Part shown: positions 39,444 to 50,355 of the stretch, one piece after another
Numbering within the stretch: the first letter of the stretch is position 1
Layout of the letters: each line of letters begins with the position of its first letter
Origin: Anaerolineales bacterium
GTDB lineage: Bacteria > Chloroflexota > Anaerolineae > Anaerolineales > DRKV01
Direction of reading: 5' to 3'
DNA: 64,000 nucleotides
Assembly: GCA_034429745.1 (NCBI GenBank)
Contig: DAOUFY010000005.1
Coordinates: 1,544 to 65,543, forward strand
Notes under the pieces: model-generated
The model's input: the letters and a program-made list of their open reading frames with translations, nothing else
The model's database searches: none
What the model was told of the DNA's origin: nothing
Program-made: the position numbers and the translations under genes

Positions 39444-41645
39444 TTATTTTTTTACTAGAGGGCGTGATACAACGCTGCGCCTAAACGGACCTTGGGTATT
39501 GAGACACGTAACCCGAAAACCTGCAGAACCAACATGTAGGATATCCCCTGGTTGAAGCCGGGTTCCTTGAACTGGAATTGGTGAATAATTTACCCATGTG
39601 CCAGCTTTTGACCCTAAATCTGTAACCCAAAAGCTTACCCCATCCTCCATACGGACTAGACGAGTATGCATAGCTTCAACAGAAGGCTCTTCTAAAACTA
39701 AGGTTGCATGCTTAGGGCTGCTTCCGATAATCACATCTTTTCCTAGTAAGGTAAATGGCTTTGAGTCTTCCACTGACAGAGTTTTTCCAGGAATGTCAAA
39801 AAGCCGTACTAGGAATACTGGCGAACTATTTGATTTTTCTTTCGTTTGCCAAGGTAGGTGAAACTGCCTGATTGCACTACCTATGGCAGATTCTTCTTTT
39901 GTCTTAGATGAAGCAGCAGCTTTTTCAGCCTTTGGATATAATTTCTCATCCAACTCAATAGATGTCAATTTCGGCTTTGTTATAGGCTCTGTCTTGATCA
40001 CTACCGGCTGAGTCACTGGATCTAAATATTTATGGCGGCGAATATTTTTCTTCGTCTCAATAAAAATGGTTCGCGGATGGATCCTGCCAGCCAACACTAA
40101 AGCCCATAATAAGATCACTGCTGCCATCATAAGTGAGAAAGCTGCAATTAGTTTTCCATATCGCGACAAGAGAGACCCAACATCCTGCTTGGGCACAAAA
40201 ATTTTGATCCAGATCGGAGTCTCAATGCTAACATTGCTCAGCTCAAGCTGATCGACAACCTCAACCTGTAGAATATGCTGCCCATTGCTTTGATAAGGGG
40301 TTAAGTCCCAAACAAATGTATCAAATGGAGGAGCTGTATTTTCCGCTACAATTTGTCCATCAACATATAACGTAGAGCGAGTTAGGGAACGTTTGAAACC
40401 ATCTGGAAAATCTACCAAAACTTTCAGCTCTACTGATTGGGGAGAAAATTTACGAGAAGTCTGCACCTCACTGCCAAGTATGTCGCTTTCTCCCTCCGTC
40501 TGCTCTACCGTACGTATGATTTCAGAGGGTGGAGAAACAAACATTGGCTGAGGTGGTACGATGTTGAGAATAAATGAATGCGGAGAACTGGAATACACCT
40601 TATTATTAAGGCTGAGCTGCAACGTAAGTTGATGTGCTCCGCTCGTCCGTATTCGTGAATCATATGATATTCGATAAGTATGCCTCAGTGGCTCAAGGTA
40701 TTCATCCAAATTGGGCACCGGCTCCGTGCCCGAAAACATGAATATCTTTCCGCCGGTTTGATCAGCTAAATGGGCTAATTGTGTCGCAGCAGAGCTCGTA
40801 AAGTAGCCGGGCGAAGCTACCATCCAAACAAAAATATGCACCCGTTGTTCTTTTGCTCGGGCAATAATGTTCTCGAATGTCGTCTTACCTTCCTCATTTT
40901 GTGCTTGACCTTCTTTAGGAACAATAGAAAGAGGTGAGGTGATGAACAATATAGCTCTGCCCATTCCGGGGTGCGGAGTTTGATCAACAGCTACCTCTAG
41001 TGCCTTAGTCAATACTTCAATACCCTTGCCTGAAGAAATCTTGTTGGCAAAAGCCTCTGTCTTAAAGGCAGTCAACCACTCAGCATAACTGCTTAAGTGA
41101 GTTTTTTCTACCCCCCCTACAGTAATTAAACTCAGATCATCGCTCCCAGAAGATATTGTATTTTCTTCTCGAGATGAGAGTTGATCAGGGTTATTTCCCG
41201 ATTGTTCAGCTAAGGTTTGCGCCCAGGTTTCAATTGAGCGTGCTAATGCATCATACCGCGGTGTTCCTTTTGAGTCGCGCAAAGCAAACATTTCATCCGA
41301 ATTTATCGCCATAACAAATTGAACACCAGGCTTTACACGGCTCACCTCAACCTGTTGCATAGGTTTTTCATCTTCCAGAACGAGCAGGTTCTGAGAAGAC
41401 AATTCTTCACCGTCATTCATTGAAATACCATTTAAGGAAAAATATGCTTGTATTTTGGGAAATTTGCTTATATCCGTTAATATTAAATCAAGAGGTGAAT
41501 CTTCTGCTATTTGTGCTACACCCACTGAAGATAATCCAATGCCTTCAGCTTGTGCCTGACCTAGAAACAGGCAATTCACCAATAGGATAAACAAAATCAG
41601 AGCTGCAATGGTTTTCCGTCGTCTTTTACTCACGTTGTTAAGCAT
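39444..41645 (-). CDS. Signal peptide-VWA-Ig-like-TM-FHA domain protein
   Basis: AQA signal cleavage site, VWA-like region (AILFITS, IFVWMV), Ig-like TLYVDG...WDLT...NG.H.L, TM, C-terminal FHA (DLGS..GTWVN...L.PGDILHVG). Confidence 0.8.
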   Translation of the reverse strand: MLNNVSKRRRKTIAALILFILLVNCLFLGQAQAEGIGLSSVGVAQIAEDSPLDLILTDISKFPKIQAYFSLNGISMNDGEELSSQNLLVLEDEKPMQQVEVSRVKPGVQFVMAINSDEMFALRDSKGTPRYDALARSIETWAQTLAEQSGNNPDQLSSREENTISSGSDDLSLITVGGVEKTHLSSYAEWLTAFKTEAFANKISSGKGIEVLTKALEVAVDQTPHPGMGRAILFITSPLSIVPKEGQAQNEEGKTTFENIIARAKEQRVHIFVWMVASPGYFTSSAATQLAHLADQTGGKIFMFSGTEPVPNLDEYLEPLRHTYRISYDSRIRTSGAHQLTLQLSLNNKVYSSSPHSFILNIVPPQPMFVSPPSEIIRTVEQTEGESDILGSEVQTSRKFSPQSVELKVLVDFPDGFKRSLTRSTLYVDGQIVAENTAPPFDTFVWDLTPYQSNGQHILQVEVVDQLELSNVSIETPIWIKIFVPKQDVGSLLSRYGKLIAAFSLMMAAVILLWALVLAGRIHPRTIFIETKKNIRRHKYLDPVTQPVVIKTEPITKPKLTSIELDEKLYPKAEKAAASSKTKEESAIGSAIRQFHLPWQTKEKSNSSPVFLVRLFDIPGKTLSVEDSKPFTLLGKDVIIGSSPKHATLVLEEPSVEAMHTRLVRMEDGVSFWVTDLGSKAGTWVNYSPIPVQGTRLQPGDILHVGSAGFRVTCLNTQGPFRRSVVSRPLVKK

Positions 41646-41821
41646 AACCTAATCAGTTAAATACATCATTAATGAAAAATGAAAAAAACTTAAACATTTC
41701 ATTAATGTTTTCTACACTATTCCTAAATCAGAGCTATCTTTTACATTGTTGGGATACAATTATAATAAAAATATCAGCTAACAACCATCAATTAATAGCC
41801 AAAGTAGTAAAGGAGATAACA

Positions 41822-42823
41822 ATGGAGTATAGATTTTTAGGAAAATCAGGGTTACAAGTATCGGCTCTCTCTTTTGGAGCATGGGTTACTTTCGGTGATC
41901 AGCATGGCGAGGATATAGCTATAGAAACAATGAAAGCTGCATATGATGCCGGAGTCAACTTCTTTGATAATGCTGAAGTATATTCTCAAGGCAAAGCAGA
42001 AATTATCATGGGCAACACCATTAAAAAATTGAACTGGAAACGCTCTGATATCGTCCTTTCAACAAAGATTTATTGGGGGGGACAAGGTCCAAATGACAAA
42101 GGACTTTCCCGTAAACATATTATCGAGGGAACAAATGCTTCATTAGCCCGATTGCAAACAGATTACGTTGATCTAATCTTCTGCCATCGCCCTGACCCAT
42201 TCACACCTATTGAAGAAACCGTCCGTGCAATGAATTTCCTAATAAACCAAGGAAAAGCCTTTTATTGGGGTACAAGCGAATGGAATGCTGATCAAATTTG
42301 GCAAGCCGTACTCATCGCGCGTCGCGAGCACCTTATTCCCCCTTTGATGGAACAGCCCGAATATAACATGTTTCGCCGCGAAAAGATGGAAAGGGAATTT
42401 GTTCCCCTCTTTAAGGAAATAGGATTAGGAACAACAACTTGGAGCCCATTAGCCAGCGGCCTGTTGAGTGGGAAGTACAATGATGGTATTCCCAGCGGTA
42501 CACGCGCTAGCCTGCCGGGTTATGAATGGCTGAAAAATAGATTTGAAAACGAAGAAGGCAAACGGAGGATAGAAATAGTAAAAAAACTTGTACCTATCGC
42601 CCAAGAAGTTGGATGCACTATGGCTCAGCTTGCCATAGCTTGGTGTTTGAAAAATCCTAATGTAAGTACAGTGATCACTGGTGCATCAAAGCCTTCACAA
42701 GTTACAGAAAACATGCAAGCAATATCCGTAGCTGAAAAATTAACCCCATCCATTATGGAAAAAATCGAAGGCATTCTCCAAAATAAGCCGGAAGAACCCT
42801 ACAACTTTCGTTTGATGAATTAA
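41822..42823 (+). CDS. Aldo/keto reductase (Kv-beta-like)
   Basis: [62 protein letters not shown] precedes ATG 41822; the track extension is likely spurious. Confidence 0.93.
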   Translation: MEYRFLGKSGLQVSALSFGAWVTFGDQHGEDIAIETMKAAYDAGVNFFDNAEVYSQGKAEIIMGNTIKKLNWKRSDIVLSTKIYWGGQGPNDKGLSRKHIIEGTNASLARLQTDYVDLIFCHRPDPFTPIEETVRAMNFLINQGKAFYWGTSEWNADQIWQAVLIARREHLIPPLMEQPEYNMFRREKMEREFVPLFKEIGLGTTTWSPLASGLLSGKYNDGIPSGTRASLPGYEWLKNRFENEEGKRRIEIVKKLVPIAQEVGCTMAQLAIAWCLKNPNVSTVITGASKPSQVTENMQAISVAEKLTPSIMEKIEGILQNKPEEPYNFRLMN

Positions 42824-42848
42824 CTTAATCCTTTGGGAGGGACTCTTT

Positions 42849-44213
42849 ATGTACCTAAAAGGAAGCTCATGGAGCATGCGCCGCAAGCGAAAACCAGTCA
42901 ATTGGCTGAGAGTATTCATTCTTTCAGCTCTGATTGGCATTGCCCTATACTTCAATCAAAATGTTGTGCCGGAGATCCCTCCCATTGGTATTCCTTCCCC
43001 CACACCAACCCGTAGCCCAGAATCTTTCGTCAATGAAGCAGAAAACTACTTTAAGGAAGGAAAACTGCTTAAAGCTGTTGAAACCTACCAAAGCGCTATT
43101 CGATCTGACCCTGACAACCGCGAGAATTACTTGAAATTAGCGGTGTTACAAGCCATTCAAGCTGTTGGCAAGGATTATACAGAAGCTCTGCAAAATGCAA
43201 ACCTAGCACTTGTTGGCAATGATAGTTATGCCCTGGGACATGCAGTTAAAGGGTGGATTTTAAACCTTAATGGAGACTATTTAGAAGCTGAAACCTCACT
43301 CAAAAAAGCCTTAGAACTCGAGCCAAACAATCCTATTATCTTAGCCTATTACGCTGAAACTTTAATCAACAAGGGCGAATATGGGGATGTTGAAAAAGCT
43401 ATCCAAGCCTCCCGCGAAGCACTTGCTATGGGTCCTAATCTCTACGAAACTCATCGAGCGCGTGGCATTGTTTTATTCTCTACGGGCAACTATGAAGAAG
43501 CAATTCAAGAGTTTCAAAACGCCCTCAATATCAATAAAAGTATTCCTGATCTATATCTCTACCTCGGCTACTGCTACCGCGCAGTAGGAGATTATGGACG
43601 AGCGAATGAGTCTTTCTTACAAGCCAATGCCCTCAATCCTAGCGATTCAATACCCGATCTGGAAATATCTCGTACTTATGCAACCGTCGGTGAATTTTCC
43701 AAAGCCGTTCAATATGCTCAAAAAGCTGTAGAAGAAGAACCGCGCAATCCCCACCGCTATGGAAATTTAGGTATTATGTATTACAAAAATCAACAAAACA
43801 CTGAAGCCGTTGATGCACTTTCAATTTGCATCAAAGGCGGTGTATCCAAAAATGGCGAACCAGTAGAAGGTTTGCCATTAGATCGGGGCAGAGTTGTTCA
43901 ATATTATTACACATATGGACTTGCTTTAGCCAGATTAAACCGCTGTGCAGAAGCAGTGCCTATTATGCAAGCTATTATTAATGCCATTCCAGATGATGAA
44001 ATTGCCGTTTATAATGCCAATGAGGGGTTGAATATGTGTAAGGCAAACCTTGAAACACCACAGCCCGCTCCACAGGAAGGTACTCCGCCTTCTGAAACTA
44101 GCAACGCAACGCCTAACTCGGCTGTAAATCAACCAACAAAACCAAAGCAGCCCACTCAACCTGCCCCCAATACACCCCCTGAAGGGTATGAACAGCCAAC
44201 TCCTATTGAGTAA
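42849..44213 (+). CDS. Membrane-anchored TPR protein
   Basis: N-terminal TM, PSPTPT linker, multiple TPR repeats, Pro/Thr-rich tail; likely start ATG 42876. Confidence 0.85.
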   Translation: MYLKGSSWSMRRKRKPVNWLRVFILSALIGIALYFNQNVVPEIPPIGIPSPTPTRSPESFVNEAENYFKEGKLLKAVETYQSAIRSDPDNRENYLKLAVLQAIQAVGKDYTEALQNANLALVGNDSYALGHAVKGWILNLNGDYLEAETSLKKALELEPNNPIILAYYAETLINKGEYGDVEKAIQASREALAMGPNLYETHRARGIVLFSTGNYEEAIQEFQNALNINKSIPDLYLYLGYCYRAVGDYGRANESFLQANALNPSDSIPDLEISRTYATVGEFSKAVQYAQKAVEEEPRNPHRYGNLGIMYYKNQQNTEAVDALSICIKGGVSKNGEPVEGLPLDRGRVVQYYYTYGLALARLNRCAEAVPIMQAIINAIPDDEIAVYNANEGLNMCKANLETPQPAPQEGTPPSETSNATPNSAVNQPTKPKQPTQPAPNTPPEGYEQPTPIE

Positions 44214-44243
44214 AACCTGATAAAGTATTTTGGAGGGCAAAGC

Positions 44244-45566
44244 ATGAGTTTTCGCGAACAACCTTTGACAGGAAAACAACCCACTTTCCATCGTGAGATG
44301 CGGAGTGGCTTTTCCTACCGCATACTTCTATGGGTCTTTCTCATTCTTGGAGCAGTGTGGATCAATACCCAAATGAATAGAGGAATAGTGCAACCATTCT
44401 TTCTGCCCACTTTTACGCCTACACGCAATGCCGTGAGTCTTTTTGAAGAAGCTCGCACCCATTTCGATGCCGGTAGAATTGACGACCCTGATCCAAATCA
44501 ACCCGATTCCATCAAAGCATATCGGAAGGCACTTGAATTAAACCCAAACAACAGCAAAGGCTGGGCAGATTACGCTTATGTGCTTACCTACTCTTCCAAC
44601 CTTTTATCCACTACAGAACAGCGAGTAGAACGATTGAAACTAGCAAAAGAAGCCATTGATAAAGCCGTATCTCTTGCCCCCGAAGACAGCAATGGGCACG
44701 CCATTAAAGCCTTTGTTTATGATTGGTATGCTGTTTACCAAGAAACCCCTGACGAAACCCAAACGATGCTTAGCGAGGCAGAACAAGCCGCTGTACGAGC
44801 TCTGCAGCTTGACCCGCAAAATGCTCTCGCTCTATCCTATTACGCAGAAATTCTCGTTGACCAACAAAAATGGACCCAAGCTGAACAATATGCTAAACAA
44901 GCCGTTGATTTAGGACCTGACGTTATGGATACTCATCGCGTATATGGTTACGTTCTCGAATCACTAGGCTACTATAATGCAGCTATCGAACAATATCTCA
45001 AGGCAGTTGAGATAAAACCTAATCTTACCTTCCTTTACATCAGAATTGGGCAAAATTACCGCACTTTGCAAGTATATAATCGCGCTCTTGAAAACTTTGA
45101 AAAAGCAGCAAAAATCAACCAGGCTTTAGGAGTTAAAGACCCTTTACCTTATATTGCTATCGCTAAAACTTACTCTCAATTAGGTGAATTCTTCATTGCT
45201 GCGCGCAATGCAGAAAAAGCCTTGGCTTTCGATCCATCTAATGCTGATACTTATGGGCAATTAGGTACAATTTATGTCAAGTCGCGCAACTACGAAGGAG
45301 CATTACCTGTACTGAAATGCGCTGTGGAAGGATGCACAGCCGAAGAGAATGAAATTGCTAAAATTGCCATTACCCCCCTTGAACTTACCACCTTGCCAGT
45401 TGCTTATTATTACTTGCAATATGCTTCAGTGATGGCTGCGCTCAACATGTGCGATACTGCACTGCCTTTGCAGGAAAAAGTCGGACAAAAGTTCCCTGAT
45501 GACCCCGTCATTAAAAGCATCATTGAAGAAAATAAAGTCATTTGCAGTAAAGCAAATCCTTCCTGA
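44244..45566 (+). CDS. Membrane-anchored TPR protein (paralog of upstream gene)
   Basis: N-terminal TM, PTFTPT linker, TPR repeats. Confidence 0.85.
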   Translation: MSFREQPLTGKQPTFHREMRSGFSYRILLWVFLILGAVWINTQMNRGIVQPFFLPTFTPTRNAVSLFEEARTHFDAGRIDDPDPNQPDSIKAYRKALELNPNNSKGWADYAYVLTYSSNLLSTTEQRVERLKLAKEAIDKAVSLAPEDSNGHAIKAFVYDWYAVYQETPDETQTMLSEAEQAAVRALQLDPQNALALSYYAEILVDQQKWTQAEQYAKQAVDLGPDVMDTHRVYGYVLESLGYYNAAIEQYLKAVEIKPNLTFLYIRIGQNYRTLQVYNRALENFEKAAKINQALGVKDPLPYIAIAKTYSQLGEFFIAARNAEKALAFDPSNADTYGQLGTIYVKSRNYEGALPVLKCAVEGCTAEENEIAKIAITPLELTTLPVAYYYLQYASVMAALNMCDTALPLQEKVGQKFPDDPVIKSIIEENKVICSKANPS

Positions 45567-45599
45567 ATATCAGAGTTTTATAAGAAAATTCCATACCTC

Positions 45600-45628
45600 T
45601 TGACTTATAAGAAAAGATTCGATAAGAT
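45600..45628 (+). promoter_or_regulatory. sigma70 promoter candidate for groESL
   Basis: TTGACT-N17-TAAGAT just upstream of CIRCE. Confidence 0.6.
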
Positions 45629-45638
45629 AATGCCTAGA

Positions 45639-45665
45639 TTAGCACTCTTGCTCTTAGACTGCTAA
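45639..45665. promoter_or_regulatory. CIRCE element (HrcA operator)
   Basis: TTAGCACTC-N9-GACTGCTAA, one mismatch to TTAGCACTC-N9-GAGTGCTAA, upstream of groES. Confidence 0.95.
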
Positions 45666-45700
45666 TATATTTTAACTTTTACATTCAGGAGGTGTTTTAT

Positions 45701-45997
45701 ATGAGTATCGCACTCAAACCGCTAGGAAACAGAGTTGTCATTGAACCCATTGAGGAAGATGAAAAGACAGCTGCGGGTATCTATTTACCAGAAAATGCCA
45801 AAGAAAAACCTCAACGTGGAAAAATTTTAGCTGTTGGTCCAGGTGAACGCGATGAATCGGGTAAACGGATTCCGCTCGACGTTTCTGTTGGGGAAGAAGT
45901 GCTCTTTGCAAAGTATGCCGGCAGTGAAGTAAAAATTGATGGCAAGAAATTGTTAATTATGCGCGAAAGCGATCTGCTGGGCATTATTACCCGCTAA
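45701..45997 (+). CDS. groES: Co-chaperonin GroES
   Basis: [32 protein letters not shown]; AGGAGG RBS before ATG 45701. Confidence 0.98.
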   Translation: MSIALKPLGNRVVIEPIEEDEKTAAGIYLPENAKEKPQRGKILAVGPGERDESGKRIPLDVSVGEEVLFAKYAGSEVKIDGKKLLIMRESDLLGIITR

Positions 45998-46077
45998 TTA
46001 CAATGCACACCAAATCATAACAAAAAATTCCAATTCCTATTAAAAATTTAAACTAGAACATTAAGGAGTGATGACGT

Positions 46078-47709
46078 ATGGCAAAACAATTGCAATTTTC
46101 TGAAGAGGCCCGTCGCAGCCTACAACGCGGCATGGACGTTTTAGCAAATGCTGTTATTACTACATTAGGTCCTAAAGGACGAAATGTTGCTATTGATAGA
46201 AAATTCGGCTCTCCCACCATTACCCATGACGGTGTTACAGTAGCAAAAGAAATTGAACTCGAAGATCATTTTGAGAATATGGGCGCACAGCTTCTAAAGG
46301 AAGCTGCCACCAAAACTAATGATATTGCCGGTGATGGTACAACAACTTCGACCGTACTGGCTCACGCCATGGTTACTGAAGGTATGAAAACTTTAGCTGC
46401 GGGTGCCAACCCTATGCTGCTCAAAATAGGTATTGAAGCCGCAACTAAAGCTGCCTCTGAAGCTATCAGCAAACAAGCTATCAAAGTGGAAACAAAAGAA
46501 CAGATTGCTAATGTTGCTTCCATTTCCGCTCAAGATCGCAAGATCGGTGAACTGATTGCCGATGTGATGGATAAGGTCGGCAAAGATGGTGTGATCACCG
46601 TCGAAGAATCTAAGGGTCTAGAATTTGAGACTGAGTACGTTGAAGGTATGCAATTCGATCGCGGGTATATCTCTCCCTACTTCATCACTGACCCAGAAAA
46701 CATGGAAGCCTCCATCAATGAGCCTTACATTTTGGTCTATGAGAAAAAGATCAGTGCAGCCTCCGATATTGTTCCAGTGCTTGAAAAATTAGTCCAAATC
46801 GGTCGCCGCGAACTCTTGATCATCGCAGAAGATGTAGATGGTGAAGCCTTAGCCACCTTAGTCCTCAACAAACTACGCGGTATGATCAATGTTTTGGCTG
46901 TCAAAGCTCCCGGATTTGGTGATCGCCGCAAAGCCATGCTGCAGGATATTGCCATCCTCACCGGCGCTACATTAATTGCCGAAGAAACTGGACGGAAACT
47001 TGAAAGCGTAACAGTCGCTGACCTTGGTCGAGCTGAAAAAGTTGTAGCTACTAAAGATGATACAACGATCATTGGCGGTAAAGGTGATCCTAAGGCTATT
47101 AAGGGACGCATTGAGCAGATCCGAGTTGAGATCGAAAAGAGCACTAGCGATTACGATCGTGAAAAGCTCCAAGAGCGATTAGCCAAACTTTCCGGCGGTG
47201 TAGCCATTATACGTGTCGGCGCTGCTACCGAGACCGAACTCAAAGAGAAGAAACATCGCGTTGAAGATGCCCTTTCTGCTACACGCGCTGCAGTTGAAGA
47301 AGGAATCGTACCTGGCGGTGGTGTTACCTTGGTTCGTGCTTTGGATAGCATTGCTTCTCTCAAAGTTGATGGTGAAGATGAGAACATCGGAGTAAACATT
47401 GTACGCAAAGCCCTTGAGCTCCCCTTACGCATGATCGCTGAAAACGCCGGCAAAGATGGGGCTGTCATTCTTGAAAATGTACGCCGCATTCAAGCCGAAA
47501 AGAAGAATCCTAACATCGGTTACAACGTATTGACAAATGAATACGAAGACATGATCAAGTCCGGTGTTATTGATCCTGCGAAGGTTACTCGCGGTGCCTT
47601 GGAAAATGCAGCTTCAATCGCAGCAATGATTCTCACCACTGAAGCTCTCATCACAGATATTCCTGAAAAGCACCCAGCTCCCGCAACACCTCCTATGCCG
47701 GAGTACTAA
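46078..47709 (+). CDS. groEL: Chaperonin GroEL
   Basis: [40 protein letters not shown] motifs. Confidence 0.99.
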   Translation: MAKQLQFSEEARRSLQRGMDVLANAVITTLGPKGRNVAIDRKFGSPTITHDGVTVAKEIELEDHFENMGAQLLKEAATKTNDIAGDGTTTSTVLAHAMVTEGMKTLAAGANPMLLKIGIEAATKAASEAISKQAIKVETKEQIANVASISAQDRKIGELIADVMDKVGKDGVITVEESKGLEFETEYVEGMQFDRGYISPYFITDPENMEASINEPYILVYEKKISAASDIVPVLEKLVQIGRRELLIIAEDVDGEALATLVLNKLRGMINVLAVKAPGFGDRRKAMLQDIAILTGATLIAEETGRKLESVTVADLGRAEKVVATKDDTTIIGGKGDPKAIKGRIEQIRVEIEKSTSDYDREKLQERLAKLSGGVAIIRVGAATETELKEKKHRVEDALSATRAAVEEGIVPGGGVTLVRALDSIASLKVDGEDENIGVNIVRKALELPLRMIAENAGKDGAVILENVRRIQAEKKNPNIGYNVLTNEYEDMIKSGVIDPAKVTRGALENAASIAAMILTTEALITDIPEKHPAPATPPMPEY

Positions 47710-47739
47710 ACCGAGTTTTCTCACCTCAATTCAAACAAG

Positions 47740-47775
47740 AGCCCTCACAAGAAAATCCTTGTGAGGGCTTTTTTT
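47740..47775 (+). terminator. Intrinsic terminator after groEL
   Basis: AGCCCTCACAAG-aaaatc-CTTGTGAGGGCT followed by a T run. Confidence 0.93.
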
Positions 47776-47826
47776 ATCAACGGCAGCACCGATGCAGCTA
47801 TCCAGACATATCATACTTTCCTTAAC

Positions 47827-48030
47827 TTACACTTTGCGGTTATTTACTAAACGTGCAAAATGCTCAAAAGAGCGATCGTAGGTAGCCTCAGCATCTTTTG
47901 GGAAAAAACAAGCCGGCAGCTCGCGACTCCGTAGATGATATTGAAGGCATTCACAACAAATGCCTTTACGAGAACAAGGTGTATAACTGCAGTTGCAAAA
48001 TTTCAAGTTTCTCTGTTTGTTGCATTCCAT
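47827..48030 (-). CDS. Small Cys-rich protein (DUF6485-like)
   Basis: CNCSY.PCSRKG.CCEC..YH....[16 protein letters not shown] pattern. Confidence 0.7.
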   Translation of the reverse strand: MECNKQRNLKFCNCSYTPCSRKGICCECLQYHLRSRELPACFFPKDAEATYDRSFEHFARLVNNRKV

Positions 48031-48123
48031 ATGTTAGGCTCTCCAATCTTTTCTCCTTAAGTAATATTCTTTTGGGTTCTACTTTTATTGCACCATACTA
48101 TTTTCTTTTATCTGCAGCCTTCA

Positions 48124-48744
48124 TCATTTACGATTAAAATCAGCTGCTATCTCTCCCCATAACTCTGTTTGCCACTTTAAGACGCGGCCTGTATAGTGAT
48201 GGTGTTCAAGCCAATTTTCTGCCCAACGAATCTGCTTCCATAATTCCTTAGCTTCCTCGTGATAAACTAATTTCGTTTGGCACTTTTTTTCGCTAAGCCA
48301 TTTCAAAGCAATCTCCGAATCAGTATAGATCACATCCGGTTTTCTGTTTTCTTCTACCCAAGATAAGGCTTTTACAATTGCTAAAAATTCTCCAATATTA
48401 TTTGTGCCATAAGGAAAGGGACCATCGCGAAAAATCAATTCGTGAGTTGTTGTGTGCACGCATTGATATTCCATCAAGCCGGGATTGCCCCTGCAAGATG
48501 CATCAACACATAAACTCTCGGCAATAGGCAAATTACCCTGGGGTGCAATAGGCCTTCGTTTCTTTTCTAATGCTTCTACATAAGAGCCTTGAAAAGCTTG
48601 TTGTGCTTCTTCTATTGTGGAAAAAGATAAGAATTCAGCTTGAGGAAATCGGTCAACTTGTTCTTTACATGCACCCCAAGAATCAAAAAGGCCAGTTTTT
48701 CTGCCCCTCCAGACCACATAATATGCTGACTTCCCTTTTTTCAT
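48124..48744 (-). CDS. rnhA: Ribonuclease HI with N-terminal viroplasmin (hybrid-binding) domain
   Basis: YYVVW.GRKTG.F.SW..C..QV, then VDASCRGNPG, TNNIGEFLA, YTDS, KW.T..WGEI.ADF.RK. Confidence 0.9.
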   Translation of the reverse strand: MKKGKSAYYVVWRGRKTGLFDSWGACKEQVDRFPQAEFLSFSTIEEAQQAFQGSYVEALEKKRRPIAPQGNLPIAESLCVDASCRGNPGLMEYQCVHTTTHELIFRDGPFPYGTNNIGEFLAIVKALSWVEENRKPDVIYTDSEIALKWLSEKKCQTKLVYHEEAKELWKQIRWAENWLEHHHYTGRVLKWQTELWGEIAADFNRK

Positions 48745-49655
48745 TTACTCTCCAACGTCTCCTGCTGTCTGCTGCTATTTTTTATATCTCCTTTGGTTAA
48801 TAATACAACCGCACCCAAAATAAGGATGCCGCCTGCAACTCTTAATAACGTTATTGGCTCACCTAAAATCAACCAAGCGAGAAATATCGTTGTAACAGGT
48901 TCAAAAGTTGAGAGCAAGGCTGCATTCGTTGCTCCAACACGTTCTAATCCGGCTAGAAAAGTAACCATAGCAATAATGGTAGAGATGATGATAATCGCAA
49001 AAACCGCCAACCACCCCATTATAGTAACCGGTAAATGCAAACCGCGGCTGCTTACAATGGCACCAAAGACAATTGCAGCAGAGCCCATAATGACAGTTGT
49101 AGAAGCAAGTACATCAGCTTCACCGATTAAGTGATTGCCAACAATAATATATATCGAATAAATCACTGCTGCACTTATTCCCAACAGAACTCCTGTCAAT
49201 TTGCCCTCCAATTGAGGTCCAATGGTCAACACAGTTCCAAAGAGTGATAGAACCAAAGCCACCACTTTTATCCGAGTAAGTGGTTTTTTCTCAATCAACA
49301 CCTCGATCAAAGTAACTAGAACTGGATACAAGTACAATAGCAAGGCTACTAATCCAGCTGAAGCAAATTTTAGGGCAGTAAAAAACGATGAGGATTGCCC
49401 GACATAACCCACAGCACCCATCAACGCGTAACCGCCCAACACTTTGCCGCGTGGCAATGGAATTCGTCTTGCACTGACAATCATCAGCATAATCAACGAG
49501 GCTATTGTAAAACGCAGAAAAAGCAAACTAAATGGTTCAACCCCTTCTGCATAAGCGATGCGAGCAAAGATTGCCATACCACCAAACGCCGCTGCTGAAA
49601 CTAGCACCAACATGCTTCCAGTAAATTGTTGTGAGAAAGCTGTCTTCATAGACAA
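48741..49655 (-). CDS. DMT/EamA family transporter
   Basis: Ten TM segments, two EamA repeats. Confidence 0.9.
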   Translation of the reverse strand: MSMKTAFSQQFTGSMLVLVSAAAFGGMAIFARIAYAEGVEPFSLLFLRFTIASLIMLMIVSARRIPLPRGKVLGGYALMGAVGYVGQSSSFFTALKFASAGLVALLLYLYPVLVTLIEVLIEKKPLTRIKVVALVLSLFGTVLTIGPQLEGKLTGVLLGISAAVIYSIYIIVGNHLIGEADVLASTTVIMGSAAIVFGAIVSSRGLHLPVTIMGWLAVFAIIIISTIIAMVTFLAGLERVGATNAALLSTFEPVTTIFLAWLILGEPITLLRVAGGILILGAVVLLTKGDIKNSSRQQETLESK

Positions 49656-49691
49656 ATTAAATAAACCTTCTTTTTATGCCAATTCTGTACT

Positions 49692-50354
49692 CTAATGCTT
49701 TTCAAAAGCCAATTTTACCCCGAGAAGAATCAGAACTGCGCCACTGAACCCCTCCAATACTTCCCTAATATGACTATCCTTGAGCCAATTCCCAATCCTG
49801 CCAAAAATCAAGGATATCATTCCAAGCCAAATTAACCCCATGATGACATGGATGCAAGCTAGAAACATGGTTTTTGCCAACACGTTCTCACCTATATGAA
49901 CAAACTGTGGTAAAAAAGCCAAGTAAAAAACAGCCACCTTTGGGTTGAGCACATTATTTAATAAACCTTGAGAAAAGACCTCTAGGCTGCCGCGTTGTTT
50001 TTCAATTAGCGAATAATTATCTTCTGCAGAAAGGTTAAACTGCTTTTTATTAAAAAACAGATCGAATAGAGTTCGAGCGCCCAAGAATATTAAATAAACA
50101 GCACCACACAATTTAACCACCTCAAACGCCTGAGCTGACTTAACGAGAATCAGCGAAAGCCCAAAAGCTGATAAGGCAGCATGAAAAAATAATCCTGAAC
50201 AAATCCCAATCGTGGTAATCAAGCCAGCCCGTTCACCATAACCAAACACATTCTTCATAACCAACATTGTGTCGGCGCCGGGAGTAACAGTCAAAACAGA
50301 GACTACCACCAAATATGTCACCAACGATGAATCAAACACCATACTACTAAGCAT
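49692..50354 (-). CDS. LysE/RhtB family translocator
   Basis: TPGADT, GAVYLIFLG and NNVLNPKVAVFYLAFLPQF motifs. Confidence 0.92.
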   Translation of the reverse strand: MLSSMVFDSSLVTYLVVVSVLTVTPGADTMLVMKNVFGYGERAGLITTIGICSGLFFHAALSAFGLSLILVKSAQAFEVVKLCGAVYLIFLGARTLFDLFFNKKQFNLSAEDNYSLIEKQRGSLEVFSQGLLNNVLNPKVAVFYLAFLPQFVHIGENVLAKTMFLACIHVIMGLIWLGMISLIFGRIGNWLKDSHIREVLEGFSGAVLILLGVKLAFEKH

Positions 50355-50355
50355 A

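Noticed and set aside
41672-41821. 50-aa extension of the aldo/keto reductase
   Set aside because: AT-rich intergenic sequence; a strong AAGGAG RBS and the family-typical MEYR start are at 41822.
46737-47489. Long antisense ORFs over groEL (similar ones overlap pdxS, fliI and cydDC)
   Set aside because: Typical antisense open frames of codon-biased genes; no independent signals.
45639-47775. CIRCE-groESL-terminator as a novelty
   Set aside because: Textbook HrcA-regulated operon.
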